Assembly: GCA_049694795.1 (NCBI GenBank)
Contig: JBAVRG010000028.1
Span: forward strand, 1-38,834
Source: Mycobacteriales bacterium
GTDB taxonomy: Bacteria; Actinomycetota; Actinomycetes; Mycobacteriales; SCTD01
Direction: 5' to 3'
DNA: 38,834 bases
Position numbers and translations under genes: made by a program. Under the pieces are notes generated by a model. The model worked only from the letters and a program-made list of their open reading frames with translations, was not told the DNA's origin and searched no databases. Positions 15,086 through 25,144 of this stretch are shown here, in pieces; the stretch's first letter is position 1; each line of letters starts with the position of its first letter.

Positions 15086-15357
15086 GGAGTCCTCCTGGCG
15101 AGGGGGACGCGCCCTCGTGGCCGCCCCTGTCGTTCGCATCGTGCCACTCGGGAGGCCACCCTATCCATCTGCCGGACCCCGGGGTGTCGCGCTTGTCGGC
15201 CCCGAGGGGCCCCGCCGCGCGCGCTGTGACACCATGATGCTCACGGGCAACCCCCGACCGACGCCGCGCGGCCACCCGCCCCGCGCTTCCCGCACCGTTC
15301 GTTCGACGGCGTCGTGAGGCACTCCCGGCAGGGTGCCGTCGGCGCCCTGAGGAGCCC

Positions 15358-16566
15358 GTGTTGACCGCCTTCATGGAGGACCTGACCGCCGTGGACAGCC
15401 CCACCGGCCGGGATGCTGATCCCGCGTTCGCCCTGCACCGCGACGGCAAGATCGAGATCGGCTTGACGGTCCCGCTCGAGACCCGCGACGACCTCTCGCT
15501 CGCCTACACCCCCGGGGTGGCCCGGATCTGCACGGCGATCGCCGAGGAGCCCGACCTCGCCTACGACTACACCTGGAAAGCGCGCACCGTCGCGGTCGTG
15601 ACGGACGGCACCGCCGTCCTGGGGCTCGGTGACATCGGCGCCGAGGCGGCGCTGCCGGTCATGGAGGGCAAGGCGCTGCTCTTCAAGCACTTCGGCGGCA
15701 TCGACGCCGTCCCGATCTGCCTCGACGTCACCGACACCGACGAGCTGGTCGAGACCGTCGTCCGGCTCGCGCCTGCTTTCGGCGGCATCAACCTCGAGGA
15801 CATCAGCGCGCCACGCTGCTTCGAGGTCGAGCGGCGGGTGCAGGAGCGGCTCGACATCCCGGTCTTCCACGACGACCAGCACGGCACGGCCATCGTCGTG
15901 CTCGCGGCGCTGCGCAACGCCGCCGCCGTCACAGGCCGCGGTCTGGGTGACCTGCGGGTGGTCGTCAGCGGCGCGGGCGCCGCCGGCATCGCGGTGTCGA
16001 AGATGATCCTCGAGGCCGGCATCGGCGACCTCGCGATCGCCGACAGCAAGGGGATGGTGCACATCGACCGCACCGACCTCAACACCGAGAAGCGGATGTT
16101 CGCCGCGATCAGCAACCGCGCCGCCTTCACCGGCTCGATCGAGGACGCCCTCTCCGGCGCGGACGTCTTCCTCGGGCTCTCCAGCGGCAAGGTGCCGTTC
16201 GAGGCGGTGGCGTCGATGGCGAAGGACTCCATCGTGTTCGCCATGGCCAACCCCGACCCCGAGGTGCACCCCGACGACGCCCTTCGCGCGGGCGCCCGGG
16301 TCATCGCCACCGGCCGCTCGGACTTCCCGAACCAGATCAACAACGTGCTCGCCTTCCCCGGGGTCTTCAAGGGCGCGATGTCGGTGCGCGCGACCCGGGT
16401 CACCGAGGGCATGAAGCAGGCCGCTGCCGTGGCGCTGGCCGGCGTCGTCGGCGACGAGCTGTCCGAGGACTGCGTCATCCCGTCGGTGTTCGACCCGCGG
16501 GTCGCCCCTGCGGTGGCCGCGGCGGTGGCGGAGGCGGCCCGGGCCGAGGGTGTCGCCCGCCTCTGA
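15358..16566 (+). CDS. NAD(P)-dependent malic enzyme (short form)
   Basis: ORF 15358..16566 with GAGGAG just upstream. Motifs [85 protein letters not shown]. Confidence 0.9.
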   Translation: MLTAFMEDLTAVDSPTGRDADPAFALHRDGKIEIGLTVPLETRDDLSLAYTPGVARICTAIAEEPDLAYDYTWKARTVAVVTDGTAVLGLGDIGAEAALPVMEGKALLFKHFGGIDAVPICLDVTDTDELVETVVRLAPAFGGINLEDISAPRCFEVERRVQERLDIPVFHDDQHGTAIVVLAALRNAAAVTGRGLGDLRVVVSGAGAAGIAVSKMILEAGIGDLAIADSKGMVHIDRTDLNTEKRMFAAISNRAAFTGSIEDALSGADVFLGLSSGKVPFEAVASMAKDSIVFAMANPDPEVHPDDALRAGARVIATGRSDFPNQINNVLAFPGVFKGAMSVRATRVTEGMKQAAAVALAGVVGDELSEDCVIPSVFDPRVAPAVAAAVAEAARAEGVARL

Positions 16567-16588
16567 CGGCGTCGGTGGCCGCGGCCTG

Positions 16589-16758
16589 CTGTGATCATCG
16601 TGTCCGATCGGTCGCGGGCGAGCGTTGCCTGACGGACACGATCAGCCCTGGGCGGGCTGCCGCCGCGGTCGGACCGTGATCATCGTGTCCGCGGGGCAAC
16701 GGTCGCGCGCTCGCTCCTGGACACGATGATCACCCGGGGGCGATCACGGTGGCGGTCG
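16589..16758. repeat. Two tandem ~85-bp units, each containing a 15-16 nt inverted repeat (GTGATCATCGTGTCCG ... GGACACGAT(GAT)CAC)
   Basis: Read directly. Unit A arms are 16591..16606 and 16633..16645; the right arm has a 3-nt deletion. Unit B arms are 16676..16690 and 16719..16733, 15/15 complementary. The loops (26 and 28 nt) and the tails (cagccctgggcgg.. and cacccgggggcga..) are also related. Confidence 0.85.
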
Positions 16759-16846
16759 GCGGACCTCGCGCGGTCCGGGACGCCGTACGCGTTAGGGTCG
16801 CTGGGTGGCCTGCACGCGCGTCCTGACCAGCTGAGGAGGCGCCCGC

Positions 16847-17653
16847 GTGGTCCTGCCCGTGCACGACGAGAACCCGACCCGGCGGACCCCGGTCGTCACC
16901 TACTTCCTCATCGCGGCGAACGTCGTGGCCTTCCTGCTGAGCCCGGTCGCCACCCATGTCGTGGGCAGCTCCTCGCTCAGTCAGGAGTGCCGTCAGGTCG
17001 CGTTCTTCGACCAGTACGCCGCCAAGCCCGACGAGCTCGTGCACAACCACCAGGAGCTGACCGGCGCGACCGGTGAGGTGGGTACCGAGGCCGGCCGGGT
17101 CGGCTGCGTGGTGCAGCACCCGCCGCCGTACACGAAGATGCCCTTCTTCTCGGTGCTGACCGCGATGTTCCTGCACGGCGGCTGGCTCCACCTGCTCGGC
17201 AACATGCTGTTCCTCTACGTCTTCGGCAACAACGTCGAGGACCGCCTCGGGCGGCTCGCCTACCTCGGCTTCTACCTGCTGTGCGGGTACGCCGCGACCT
17301 ACGGCTTCGCGCTGTTCGAGTCCGGGTCGACGCAGCCGCTGGTAGGCGCGTCAGGGGCCATCGCCGGGGTGCTCGGCGCCTACCTCGTGCTGTACCCGCG
17401 CGCGAAGGTGTGGTCGCTGCTGACGTTCTTCTTCTTCCTGCCGGTGCGGCTGCCCGCGTGGTTCGTGCTCGGCAGCTGGTTCGTGCTGCAGTACCTGTAC
17501 TTCCGCGGCGCGGGTGTCGCCGGGGGGTCAGGGGTCGCGTACGGCGCGCACGTGATCGGCTTCGTCGTCGGTGCTGCGCTGGTCTGGCACCTCAGGGGTA
17601 CGGCGAGACCACGTGACGTGCAGGCGCGCTGGGGTCCCTACGCGCCGCGCTGA
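16847..17653 (+). CDS. Rhomboid-family intramembrane serine protease
   Basis: ORF 16847..17653. GTG has GAGGAGG 7 nt upstream. Motifs FLHGGWLHLLGNMLFLYVFGNNVEDRLG, the catalytic GASGAIAGVLGAY, and AHVIGFVVG (His). Confidence 0.9.
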   Translation: MVLPVHDENPTRRTPVVTYFLIAANVVAFLLSPVATHVVGSSSLSQECRQVAFFDQYAAKPDELVHNHQELTGATGEVGTEAGRVGCVVQHPPPYTKMPFFSVLTAMFLHGGWLHLLGNMLFLYVFGNNVEDRLGRLAYLGFYLLCGYAATYGFALFESGSTQPLVGASGAIAGVLGAYLVLYPRAKVWSLLTFFFFLPVRLPAWFVLGSWFVLQYLYFRGAGVAGGSGVAYGAHVIGFVVGAALVWHLRGTARPRDVQARWGPYAPR

Positions 17654-17662
17654 CCGCCGGCG

Positions 17663-17839
17663 CTACTCCTCCTCGTCGTCGAGGCGGGCCAGCCAGGTGG
17701 CGACCCGCTCGACCGGCACCTCGAACTCCGGGTGCTCGTCGACGAACTCCTTGAGCCGCTCGGCGAGCCAGGCGAGGGTCACCTGCTCCTCGCCCCGGCG
17801 CTCGGCCAGCTCCTCGAGCCCGCGGTCGGTGAAGTACAT
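17663..17839 (-). CDS. Small acidic conserved protein (58 aa, DUF6104-like) coupled to the kgd stop
   Basis: These are the last 58 codons of the artefactual ORF 17663..20236: [58 protein letters not shown]. Codon position 3 is essentially all G/C. The ATG shares one base with the kgd TGA (TGATG). Confidence 0.7.
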   Translation of the reverse strand: MYFTDRGLEELAERRGEEQVTLAWLAERLKEFVDEHPEFEVPVERVATWLARLDDEEE

Positions 17840-20800
17840 CAGCGGGCGAAGACGGCCTCGACGAGCGCCGTCTGCTCGGCCTCGTGCACCTTGCTGGAGC
17901 CGGCGGCCGGCGAGGCCGACGCGCGCCGCGAGATGCGGCGCAGCCGGATCTCGGCCGGCAGGTGCTCGGGCAGCGACAGGGCGATGTGCGCCCAGGCTCC
18001 CTGGTTGGCCGGCTCCTCCTGGGCCCACACGACGTCGGTGGCGTTCGGGTAGGCGGCGAGGGCGTCGCGCACCTGGGCCCCCGGGACGGGGTACAGCTGC
18101 TCGACCCGGATCAGCGCGACGGAGGTGTCGGACGCCTTGCGGCGCGCGGCCGCCAGGTCGTAGAAGACCTTGCCGGCGCACAGCACGACCCGGGTGACGC
18201 CGCTGGGGTCCGGGGACTCCGGGTCGGCCAGCACCGGCTGCCAGCGGCCGGTGGTGAAGTCCGTCGGCGCCGAGGCGGCAGCCTTCAGGCGCAGCATGGA
18301 CTTGGGCGTCACGACGACCAGGGGGCGGTTGACGCTCGACAGCGCCTGCGCGCGCAGCAGGTGGAAGTGCTGAGCCGGCGTGGTGGGGTAGGCGACCGTC
18401 ATGTTGTCCTCGGCGCACAGCTGCAGGAAGCGCTCGATGCGGGTGGAGGAGTGGTCCGGTCCCTGGCCCTCGTAGCCGTGGGGGAGCAGCAGCGTCACCG
18501 CGGAGCGCTGGCCCCACTTGGCCTCGCCGGAGGAGATGAACTCGTCGATGACGGTCATCGCGCCGTTGACGAAGTCTCCGAACTGCGCCTCCCACAGCAC
18601 CAGCGCCTCGGGCCGGGCCACCGAGTAGCCGTACTCGAAGCCCAGGCAGGCGTACTCCGACAGCAGCGAGTCGTAGACGTAGAAGGTGCCCGTGCCGTCG
18701 CCCAGGTACTTCAGGGGCGTGTACTCGGCACCGGAGTCGCGGTCGATGAGGGTGGCGTGCCGCTGCACGAAGGTGCCGCGCCGCGAGTCCTGCCCTGCCA
18801 GGCGCACCGGCCGGCCCTCGAGCAGGAGCGACCCGAAGGCGAGGACCTCGCCGAAGCCCCAGTCGATGCCGCCCTCGGTGACCATGGCGGCGCGACGCTG
18901 CATGAGCGGGGCGAGCTTCGGGTGCGGTGTGAAGCCCTCGGGCAGCTCGACGTGCGCCCGGCCGAGGCGGTCGAGGACCGCCTGGTCGACTGCCGTGTCG
19001 ATGGCCGACAGGTCGAGCACGTCGGTCATCGGCGGCTCGGCGGCCGTCGAGGTGGACGCGTCGCGCGTCTCGGCGAAGACCCGCTCGAGCTGCGCCTGGT
19101 AGTCCTTGAGCGCGTCCTCGGCCTCTTCGATGGTGATGTCGCCGCGGCCGACGAGCTGCTCGGTGTAGGTCTTGCGCACCGAGCGCTTGCGGTCGATGAC
19201 GTCGTACATCTTGGGCTGCGTCATCGAGGGGTCGTCGCCCTCGTTGTGGCCGCGCCGGCGGTAGCAGACCAGGTCGACGACGACGTCCTTCTTGAAGGCC
19301 TGCCGGAACTCGAAGGCCAGCTGCGCCACCCGGACGCACGCCTCGGGGTCGTCGCCGTTGACGTGGAAGATCGGGGCCTGGACGGTGCGCGCCACGTCGG
19401 TGCTGTAGGTGGAGCTGCGGCTGCTCTCGGGCGCGGTGGTGAAGCCGACCTGGTTGTTGATGACGATGTGCACGGTGCCGCCGGTGCGGTAGCCGCGCAG
19501 CTGGCCCATCTGCAGGGTCTCCGCGACCACGCCCTGGCCCGCGAAGGCCGCGTCGCCGTGCAGCAGGACGGGCAGGACCGTGAAGCCGGCCTCGCCCTTG
19601 TCGATGACGTCCTGCTTGGCGCGCACGATGCCCTCGAGCACCGGGTCGACCGCCTCGAGGTGCGAGGGGTTGGACGTCAGGGAGACGCGCGTGGTCGAAC
19701 CGCCCACGGAGGTGAAGGTGCCCTCGGCGCCGAGGTGGTACTTCACGTCGCCCGAGCCCTGCACGGTGCGCGGGTCGATGTTGCCCTCGAACTCGCGGAA
19801 GATCTGGCCGTAGGACTTGCCGACGATGTTGGCGAGCACGTTCAGCCGGCCGCGGTGCGCCATGCCGATGACGACCTCGTCCAGCCCGGCCCCGGCGGCG
19901 CCGGTGAGCACCGCGTCGAGCATCGGGATGACCGACTCGCCGCCCTCGAGCGAGAACCGCTTCTGCCCGACGAACTTGGTCTGCAGGAAGCTCTCGAAGG
20001 CCTCGGCGGCGTTCAGCCGCTTGAGCACGTGCAGCTGCAGCTCGCGGTCGGGCTGCTGCGACTTCTTCTCGACGCGCTCCTGGATCCAGCGGCGCTGGGC
20101 CGGGTCCTGGATGTGCATGTACTCGATGCCGACGTTGCGGCAGTAGGAGTCGCGCAGGACGCCGAGGACCTCGCGGAGCTTCATCACGCGCTGCCCGGCG
20201 AAGCCGCCGACCGGGAACTCGCGGTCGAGGTCCCACAGGGTGAGCCCGTGGTTGACGACGTCGAGGTCCGGGTGGGTGCGGAGCTTGAACTCGAGCGGGT
20301 CGGTGTCGGCCATGAGGTGGCCACGCACCCGGTAGGCGTGGATGAGCTCCATGACCCGGGTCGCCTTGTCGAGGTCGCCCTCGTGCGAGGTCGACACGTC
20401 GGGCACCCAGCGGACCGGCTCGTACGGGATCCGCAGTGACGCGAAGACCTCGTCGTAGAAGCCGTCCTCGCCGAGCAGCAGCTCGTGCATGCGGCGCAGG
20501 AACTCGCCGGACTGCGCGCCCTGGATGACGCGGTGGTCGTAGGTGGAGGTGAGGGTGATGATCTTGGAGATCGCGAGCTTGGCGATCTGCTCCTCGGACG
20601 CGCCCTGGAACTCCGCGGGGTACTCCATCGCGCCCACGCCGATGATGGCGCCCTGGCCCTGCATGAGGCGCGGCATCGAGTGCACGGTGCCGATGCCGCC
20701 GGGGTTGGTCAGGCTGATCGTGGAGCCCTGGAAGTCCTCGACGGTGAGCTTGCCGTTGCGGGCCCGCCGCACGATGTCCTCGTAGGCGGCGAGGAACTGC

Positions 20801-21489
20801 GCGAAGTCGAGCGTGTCGGCCTGCTTGATGGCTGCCACGACCAGCGACCGGGTGCCGTTGGGGTTCTGCAGGTCGATCGCGAGGCCCAGGCCGACGTGCT
20901 CGGGCGTGACGAGCGCCGGCTTGCCGTCCACCTCGGTGAACGAGGTGTTCATGACCGGTACGGCGGCGACGGCCTTCACGAGGGCGTAGCCGATCAGGTG
21001 GGTGAACGACACCTTGCCGCCGCGGGCGCGCCGCAGGTGGTTGTTGATGACGGTGCGGTTGTCGGCGAGGAGCTTGGCCGGCACGGCCCGCACGCTGGTG
21101 GCGGTGGGGACCTCGAGGGAGGCCTCCATGTTGGCGACGACGCGGGCCGCCGCCCCCTTGAGGGGGGTGGTCGTGGCCTCAGCGGTGGGGGCCGGCGCCG
21201 GAGCGGCATTGGCAGCGGCGGGTGCGGCCGGGGCTGGAGTGGCCTTGGCAGCGACGGGGGGTGCGGCAGGGGCGGCAGGAGGGGCCGGGGCGGGGGCCGG
21301 GGCGGGGGCCGGGGCGGGGTGGGTGCCGTTGGTCACCACCCGGCCGTTGCCCTCCGGGTGGTAGTCGGCGAGGAACGATCGCCAGGTCTCCGGGACGCTC
21401 TCCGGGTCCTTGAGGAAGTCCTGGTACAGCTCCTGGATGTACCACTCGTTCGCACCGAAGTCGTTCTGCTGACCGGATTGGGTCGACAC
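17839..21489 (-). CDS. kgd: Multifunctional 2-oxoglutarate decarboxylase/dehydrogenase E1 with a fused succinyltransferase-like domain (Kgd/OdhA type)
   Basis: ORF 17839..21618. The first valid start that matches homologs is GTG 21489 ([32 protein letters not shown]). A Pro/Ala linker precedes the E2-like catalytic domain ([14 protein letters not shown]) and the ThDP E1 domain ([44 protein letters not shown]). Confidence 0.93.
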   Translation of the reverse strand: MSTQSGQQNDFGANEWYIQELYQDFLKDPESVPETWRSFLADYHPEGNGRVVTNGTHPAPAPAPAPAPAPPAAPAAPPVAAKATPAPAAPAAANAAPAPAPTAEATTTPLKGAAARVVANMEASLEVPTATSVRAVPAKLLADNRTVINNHLRRARGGKVSFTHLIGYALVKAVAAVPVMNTSFTEVDGKPALVTPEHVGLGLAIDLQNPNGTRSLVVAAIKQADTLDFAQFLAAYEDIVRRARNGKLTVEDFQGSTISLTNPGGIGTVHSMPRLMQGQGAIIGVGAMEYPAEFQGASEEQIAKLAISKIITLTSTYDHRVIQGAQSGEFLRRMHELLLGEDGFYDEVFASLRIPYEPVRWVPDVSTSHEGDLDKATRVMELIHAYRVRGHLMADTDPLEFKLRTHPDLDVVNHGLTLWDLDREFPVGGFAGQRVMKLREVLGVLRDSYCRNVGIEYMHIQDPAQRRWIQERVEKKSQQPDRELQLHVLKRLNAAEAFESFLQTKFVGQKRFSLEGGESVIPMLDAVLTGAAGAGLDEVVIGMAHRGRLNVLANIVGKSYGQIFREFEGNIDPRTVQGSGDVKYHLGAEGTFTSVGGSTTRVSLTSNPSHLEAVDPVLEGIVRAKQDVIDKGEAGFTVLPVLLHGDAAFAGQGVVAETLQMGQLRGYRTGGTVHIVINNQVGFTTAPESSRSSTYSTDVARTVQAPIFHVNGDDPEACVRVAQLAFEFRQAFKKDVVVDLVCYRRRGHNEGDDPSMTQPKMYDVIDRKRSVRKTYTEQLVGRGDITIEEAEDALKDYQAQLERVFAETRDASTSTAAEPPMTDVLDLSAIDTAVDQAVLDRLGRAHVELPEGFTPHPKLAPLMQRRAAMVTEGGIDWGFGEVLAFGSLLLEGRPVRLAGQDSRRGTFVQRHATLIDRDSGAEYTPLKYLGDGTGTFYVYDSLLSEYACLGFEYGYSVARPEALVLWEAQFGDFVNGAMTVIDEFISSGEAKWGQRSAVTLLLPHGYEGQGPDHSSTRIERFLQLCAEDNMTVAYPTTPAQHFHLLRAQALSSVNRPLVVVTPKSMLRLKAAASAPTDFTTGRWQPVLADPESPDPSGVTRVVLCAGKVFYDLAAARRKASDTSVALIRVEQLYPVPGAQVRDALAAYPNATDVVWAQEEPANQGAWAHIALSLPEHLPAEIRLRRISRRASASPAAGSSKVHEAEQTALVEAVFAR
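21281..21316. repeat. Perfect 3x tandem 12-mer (ggggccggggcg) inside kgd, encoding the (Pro-Ala)n linker
   Basis: Read directly. Copies lie at 21281..21292, 21293..21304 and 21305..21316. They are flanked by more G4-5 runs (21255..21323) on the + strand, which is the template strand for kgd. Confidence 0.9.
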
Positions 21490-21635
21490 GCTGGAAACGC
21501 CGCCTCTGAGGATGGGTCGGATGGCCTGGCTGCCGACGGCCAAGGTTACCCGTGCACGCTGAGTGCCGAGCCGGAAGGTGAGCGTGGCGCAGGCTCGGGG
21601 GCGCGCCCGGCTCCTCACGTCGCCCGCGCGGCGCT

Positions 21636-23234
21636 GTGATGGGTGAGACTGGCGGTGTGCGCCTCGCCTCTCGCCGTCCGCGTCCCGCCATTGCGGCCAC
21701 TGCCGCCGCCGTCGGGATGCTGCTCGCCCTGACCGCCTGCAGCACCGGCGGGAAGGTGCGGTCCGTCGCCTCGCCGAGAAGCAGCCCGACGTCGAGCGCG
21801 TCGGAGAGCACCGCCCCCACCCCCTCGGCCCCGAGCCCGGCGACGGCTCCCGCCGGCCCGTCCCGCGGCGTGCTGTCGCGCTGGACCAGCTGCGAGAGCG
21901 GCTTCCAGTGCGCGACGCTGACGGTGCCGCTCGACGACACCCGCCCCGGCCTCGGCACGGTCGCGCTGGCCCTCACCCGGCACCGCGCGACCGGCAGCGG
22001 CCGGATCGGCTCGCTGCTGGTCAACCCGGGAGGGCCGGGGGCCTCCGCGGTGGAGTTCCTGCAGAGCAGCTACACCGACTTCCCGGCGGAGATCCGCAAG
22101 CACTTCGACCTGGTGGCGTTCGACCCCCGCGGCGTCGGGCGGACGGCGCCGGTCCGCTGCGAGACGACGCCGGAGCTCGACGCCTACTTCCACCTCGACC
22201 CGGTGCCGGACACCGCCGCCGAGCTGCGGGCCCTCGACGCCGGCAACCTGAAGCTGGCCCAGGGCTGCCAGCGCCGCTCCGCGCGGATCCTCCCGTACGT
22301 CAGCACCGCCGTCGTGGCCCAGGACATGGACCGGGTGCGGCAGGCGGTCGGGGACGCCAAGCTGACCTACCTCGGGTACTCCTACGGCACCGCCATCGGC
22401 GCCTCCTACCTGGACCAGTTCCCCACCCGGGTGCGCGCCATGGTGCTCGACGGCGCCCTCGACCCGACGCTGACCTGGGACCAGCTGCTCGCCGGGCAGT
22501 CACAGGGGTTCGACGTCGCGCTGAAGGCCTTCCTCGCGGACTGCCAGCGGACCCGCTGCGCCTTCCGCGAGGCGGTCAGCGGCGACCTCACCGCCGCCTA
22601 CGACCGCCTCGCGGCCAGCGTCGAGACCACGCCGCTGCCGGGCGACGGCACCCGCACCGTCGGCCCAGGGGAGTTCTCGTACGGCGTCGGCGCCGGCCTC
22701 TACAGCAAGCGCTACGGCTGGCCGGCCATCGCGAACGCCCTCGCCGCCGCGGAGCAGGGCCAGGGGGACGGGCTGCTCGCCCTGAGCGACAGCTACCTCG
22801 AGCGCAGCGACACCGGCTACACGAACATCTCCGAGGCCAACTTCGCGGTGAACTGCATCGACCGCCCCTGGCCCCGCACCGACGCGCCGTACCAGGCTCT
22901 GGCGAGGCGGGTCGCGCAGAGGTACCCCCGGTTCGGGCCGGCGATCGCGCTGTCGGGGCTGGGCTGCGCGGTGTGGCCGCTCAAGCCGGTCGGCACGCCG
23001 CACGCCGTCTCCGCGCCGGGCAGCCCGCCGGTGCTCGTCATCGGCACGACGCGTGACCCGGCGACGCCGTACGCCTGGGCGGTGTCCCTGGCCAGGCAGC
23101 TGTCGCGCGGCGTCCTGCTGACCCACGAGGGCGACGGCCACACGGTCTACCGGGTCGGCGCGCCGAGCTGCGTGCTGGGACCGGTCGACGCCTACCTGCT
23201 GCGGCTGCAGACGCCGACGCCGGCTCGCTGCTGA
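21636..23234 (+). CDS. Secreted alpha/beta hydrolase lipoprotein of the tripeptidyl-aminopeptidase (SlpD/E, TAP) family
   Basis: ORF 21636..23234; start GTG 21636, ATG 21639 or GTG 21657. Lipobox [20 protein letters not shown], the nucleophile elbow [11 protein letters not shown], and the C-terminal TAP-like HEGDGHTVY. Confidence 0.82.
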   Translation: MMGETGGVRLASRRPRPAIAATAAAVGMLLALTACSTGGKVRSVASPRSSPTSSASESTAPTPSAPSPATAPAGPSRGVLSRWTSCESGFQCATLTVPLDDTRPGLGTVALALTRHRATGSGRIGSLLVNPGGPGASAVEFLQSSYTDFPAEIRKHFDLVAFDPRGVGRTAPVRCETTPELDAYFHLDPVPDTAAELRALDAGNLKLAQGCQRRSARILPYVSTAVVAQDMDRVRQAVGDAKLTYLGYSYGTAIGASYLDQFPTRVRAMVLDGALDPTLTWDQLLAGQSQGFDVALKAFLADCQRTRCAFREAVSGDLTAAYDRLAASVETTPLPGDGTRTVGPGEFSYGVGAGLYSKRYGWPAIANALAAAEQGQGDGLLALSDSYLERSDTGYTNISEANFAVNCIDRPWPRTDAPYQALARRVAQRYPRFGPAIALSGLGCAVWPLKPVGTPHAVSAPGSPPVLVIGTTRDPATPYAWAVSLARQLSRGVLLTHEGDGHTVYRVGAPSCVLGPVDAYLLRLQTPTPARC

Positions 23235-23235
23235 C

Positions 23236-23706
23236 TCACCGGTCGGGCTGGGGCTCGGCGCGGACCACCAGGACGGGGCAGGGCGCGTGGTGCAGCACGT
23301 GGTGGCTCACCGAGCCCAGCAGGGCCCGCCTGAGCGCCCCTGACCCGTGCGACCCGATGACGACGAGGTCGTAGCCGCCTTCCTCGGCGACCCGGCAGAT
23401 CTCCGAGGCGGCGTCGCCCCACTCGAGCACCTCGGTGGCGTCCCAGCCCACGGCTGCCCTCGCCCGGGCCAGGGCCGCGCGCCCCTCCTCGGCGAGAGGC
23501 TCGCGTCCCTGCTCGTCGACGGGGATCGCGACGACGTCCCCGGCCGTGGCGACCCCCGGCCCGCCGACCATCGCCACCGGCGTCATGGGCAGGCCGACGA
23601 CGGTCAGGAGGGTGACCTCGTGGTCGGCCCCGAGCAGAGCGAACGCGGTGCGTGCGGCGTGGTCGGCCACCGCGGAGCCGTCGGTCGCCACCAGGACCCT
23701 GGACAT
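23236..23706 (-). CDS. Universal stress protein (UspA family, 156 aa)
   Basis: This is the C-terminal part of the artefactual ORF 23236..24396. ATG 23706 has GAAGGGTGG upstream. MSRVLVATDGS.. and the ATP-binding motif VVIGSHGSGALRRALLGSVSHHVLHHAPCPVLVV. Confidence 0.88.
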   Translation of the reverse strand: MSRVLVATDGSAVADHAARTAFALLGADHEVTLLTVVGLPMTPVAMVGGPGVATAGDVVAIPVDEQGREPLAEEGRAALARARAAVGWDATEVLEWGDAASEICRVAEEGGYDLVVIGSHGSGALRRALLGSVSHHVLHHAPCPVLVVRAEPQPDR

Positions 23707-23765
23707 CTGCGCCACCCTTCGACGTGTCGTGGGCTGTCCGACAGGCATACCGCCTCGCGGCTGCT

Positions 23766-23993
23766 TCAGCGCAGTCCGGGCAGCAGCGAGCGCAACGGGC
23801 AGGCCAGGCTGGAGCGGCCGACCACGAACCGGAAGCCGTCCAGACGGCCGGGCCCGGAGCGGGTCTGCAGGATGCAGCCCTCGCACGGCAGCGCCTCGGC
23901 TGCCGGCTCCCGCGCGCACTGCCCGTAGCTGCCGGGACCGCCGCACGTGAAAGCCGTGCTGCCGGTGGTCGGGTCGAGCACGTCGACCTGCAT
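23766..23993 (-). CDS. Small cysteine-rich protein (75 aa; C-x8-C-x10-C-x2-C), function unknown
   Basis: This is the tail of ORF 23766..24344. ATG 23993 has AAGGGGG about 9 nt upstream. Codon position 3 is G/C in all but about 4 codons. Sequence: MQVDVLDPTTGSTAFTCGGPGSYGQCAREPAAEALPCEGCILQTRSGPGRLDGFRFVVGR.. Confidence 0.55.
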   Translation of the reverse strand: MQVDVLDPTTGSTAFTCGGPGSYGQCAREPAAEALPCEGCILQTRSGPGRLDGFRFVVGRSSLACPLRSLLPGLR

Positions 23994-24122
23994 GGTCCGT
24001 CGCCCCCTTCGGTGGTTCCTCGCTCCCGAGCCTGGGCCCGACGGGCGCCGCGGGGACAGGGCCGTAGGTCCCGTCTTGGGCAGGTATGTCGGGGGCGTCG
24101 GGGGGCATGGTCCACTTCCCTG

Positions 24123-25103
24123 GTGACCCGCCGCCCTGTGACCGGACCGACCGTCTGGCACGCCCCCGACGTCGCCGAGCCGTCCACCTGGACGCTGGAG
24201 CTCGACAGGGCGCAGCGCGCCGAGCTGGTCGACCAGGCGCGCCGGGCGGCGTCGGCCGGGCGCACCGTCGAGTCGCTGCGGGCGGGGGACCTCCCGCTGC
24301 GCTCGCTCGACCCGGTGGTCCGCGCCGCGGTCGCGGCGCTGCACGGCGGGCGTGGCTTCCTGCTGCTGCGCGGGTTCCCGGTCGACGAGCTCTCACCTGC
24401 CGAGGTGGAGCTCGGCTACCTGGGGCTGGGCCTGCGGGTGGGGACGCCGGTCGGGCAGGACAAGAAGGGCAGCCTGCTCGGGCACGTCCGGGACGAGCGG
24501 GTGCCGCGCACCGGACCAGGTGTGCGGCTCTACCAGACCAGCGAGCGCCAGGACTTCCACACGGACGGTTCCGACGTCGTCGGGCTGCTGTGCCTGCACC
24601 GCGCGCTGTCCGGCGGCGAGAGCAGGCTGGCGAGCGCCCACGCGGTCTACAACGAGCTGCTGCGCACGCGACCGGACCTGCTCGAGGTCCTCCACGCCCC
24701 GATGCACTGGGACCGCAACGACGAGCAGGGCCCGGGCGAGGAGCCCTTCTTCGCCCTGCCGCCCGTCTTCGACGTCGCCGGGGTGCCGCGGGTCTTCTAC
24801 ATCGGGTGGTACATCCGGGACGCTCAGCGGCACGCCGCCGTGCCCCGGCTCACGAACGCGCAACGGGAGGCGATGGCCCTGCTGGAGGCGACCGCGAACG
24901 ACCCGCGGTTCCACGTCGAGATGGACTTCCAGCCCGGTGACGTGCAGCTGCTCGCCAACGCGACGGTCCTGCACGCGCGCGAGGCGTACCAGGACGCGGA
25001 GGAACCTGGGCTGCGCCGGCACCTGCTCCGGCTGTGGCTCAGCGCTCACGACTTCGTCGCCGTGGACGAGCTGCTGCGCGGCGGCATCCCCCGCAGGGAC
25101 TGA
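24123..25103 (+). CDS. TauD/TfdA-family Fe(II)/2-oxoglutarate-dependent dioxygenase
   Basis: This is the C-terminal 326 aa of ORF 23652..25103. The start is uncertain: GTG 24123 or 24138, neither with a strong RBS. Motifs GRGFLLLRGFPVD, the facial triad FHTDGSD ... NATVLHAREAY, and RHLLRLWL. Confidence 0.75.
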   Translation: MTRRPVTGPTVWHAPDVAEPSTWTLELDRAQRAELVDQARRAASAGRTVESLRAGDLPLRSLDPVVRAAVAALHGGRGFLLLRGFPVDELSPAEVELGYLGLGLRVGTPVGQDKKGSLLGHVRDERVPRTGPGVRLYQTSERQDFHTDGSDVVGLLCLHRALSGGESRLASAHAVYNELLRTRPDLLEVLHAPMHWDRNDEQGPGEEPFFALPPVFDVAGVPRVFYIGWYIRDAQRHAAVPRLTNAQREAMALLEATANDPRFHVEMDFQPGDVQLLANATVLHAREAYQDAEEPGLRRHLLRLWLSAHDFVAVDELLRGGIPRRD

Positions 25104-25144
25104 GCCGTTCCCCGGTGGTCGTGGCCCGGAGGCGGGATGCTTCG

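Noticed and set aside
15225-15244. TGTGA-N11-TCACG in the divergent spacer between the ABC importer and the malic enzyme gene.
   Set aside because: An 11-nt spacer does not fit CRP/FNR-type sites (N6). The match is probably chance.
21255-21323. GC-rich short tandem repeats here and at 10122..10165, plus the palindromic units at 16589..16758, considered as a CRISPR array or mobile-element ends.
   Set aside because: The repeats are contiguous or far too few and short, with no spacer structure, no cas genes and no transposase, integrase or target-site duplications. They are not CRISPR and not a recognisable IS or MITE.
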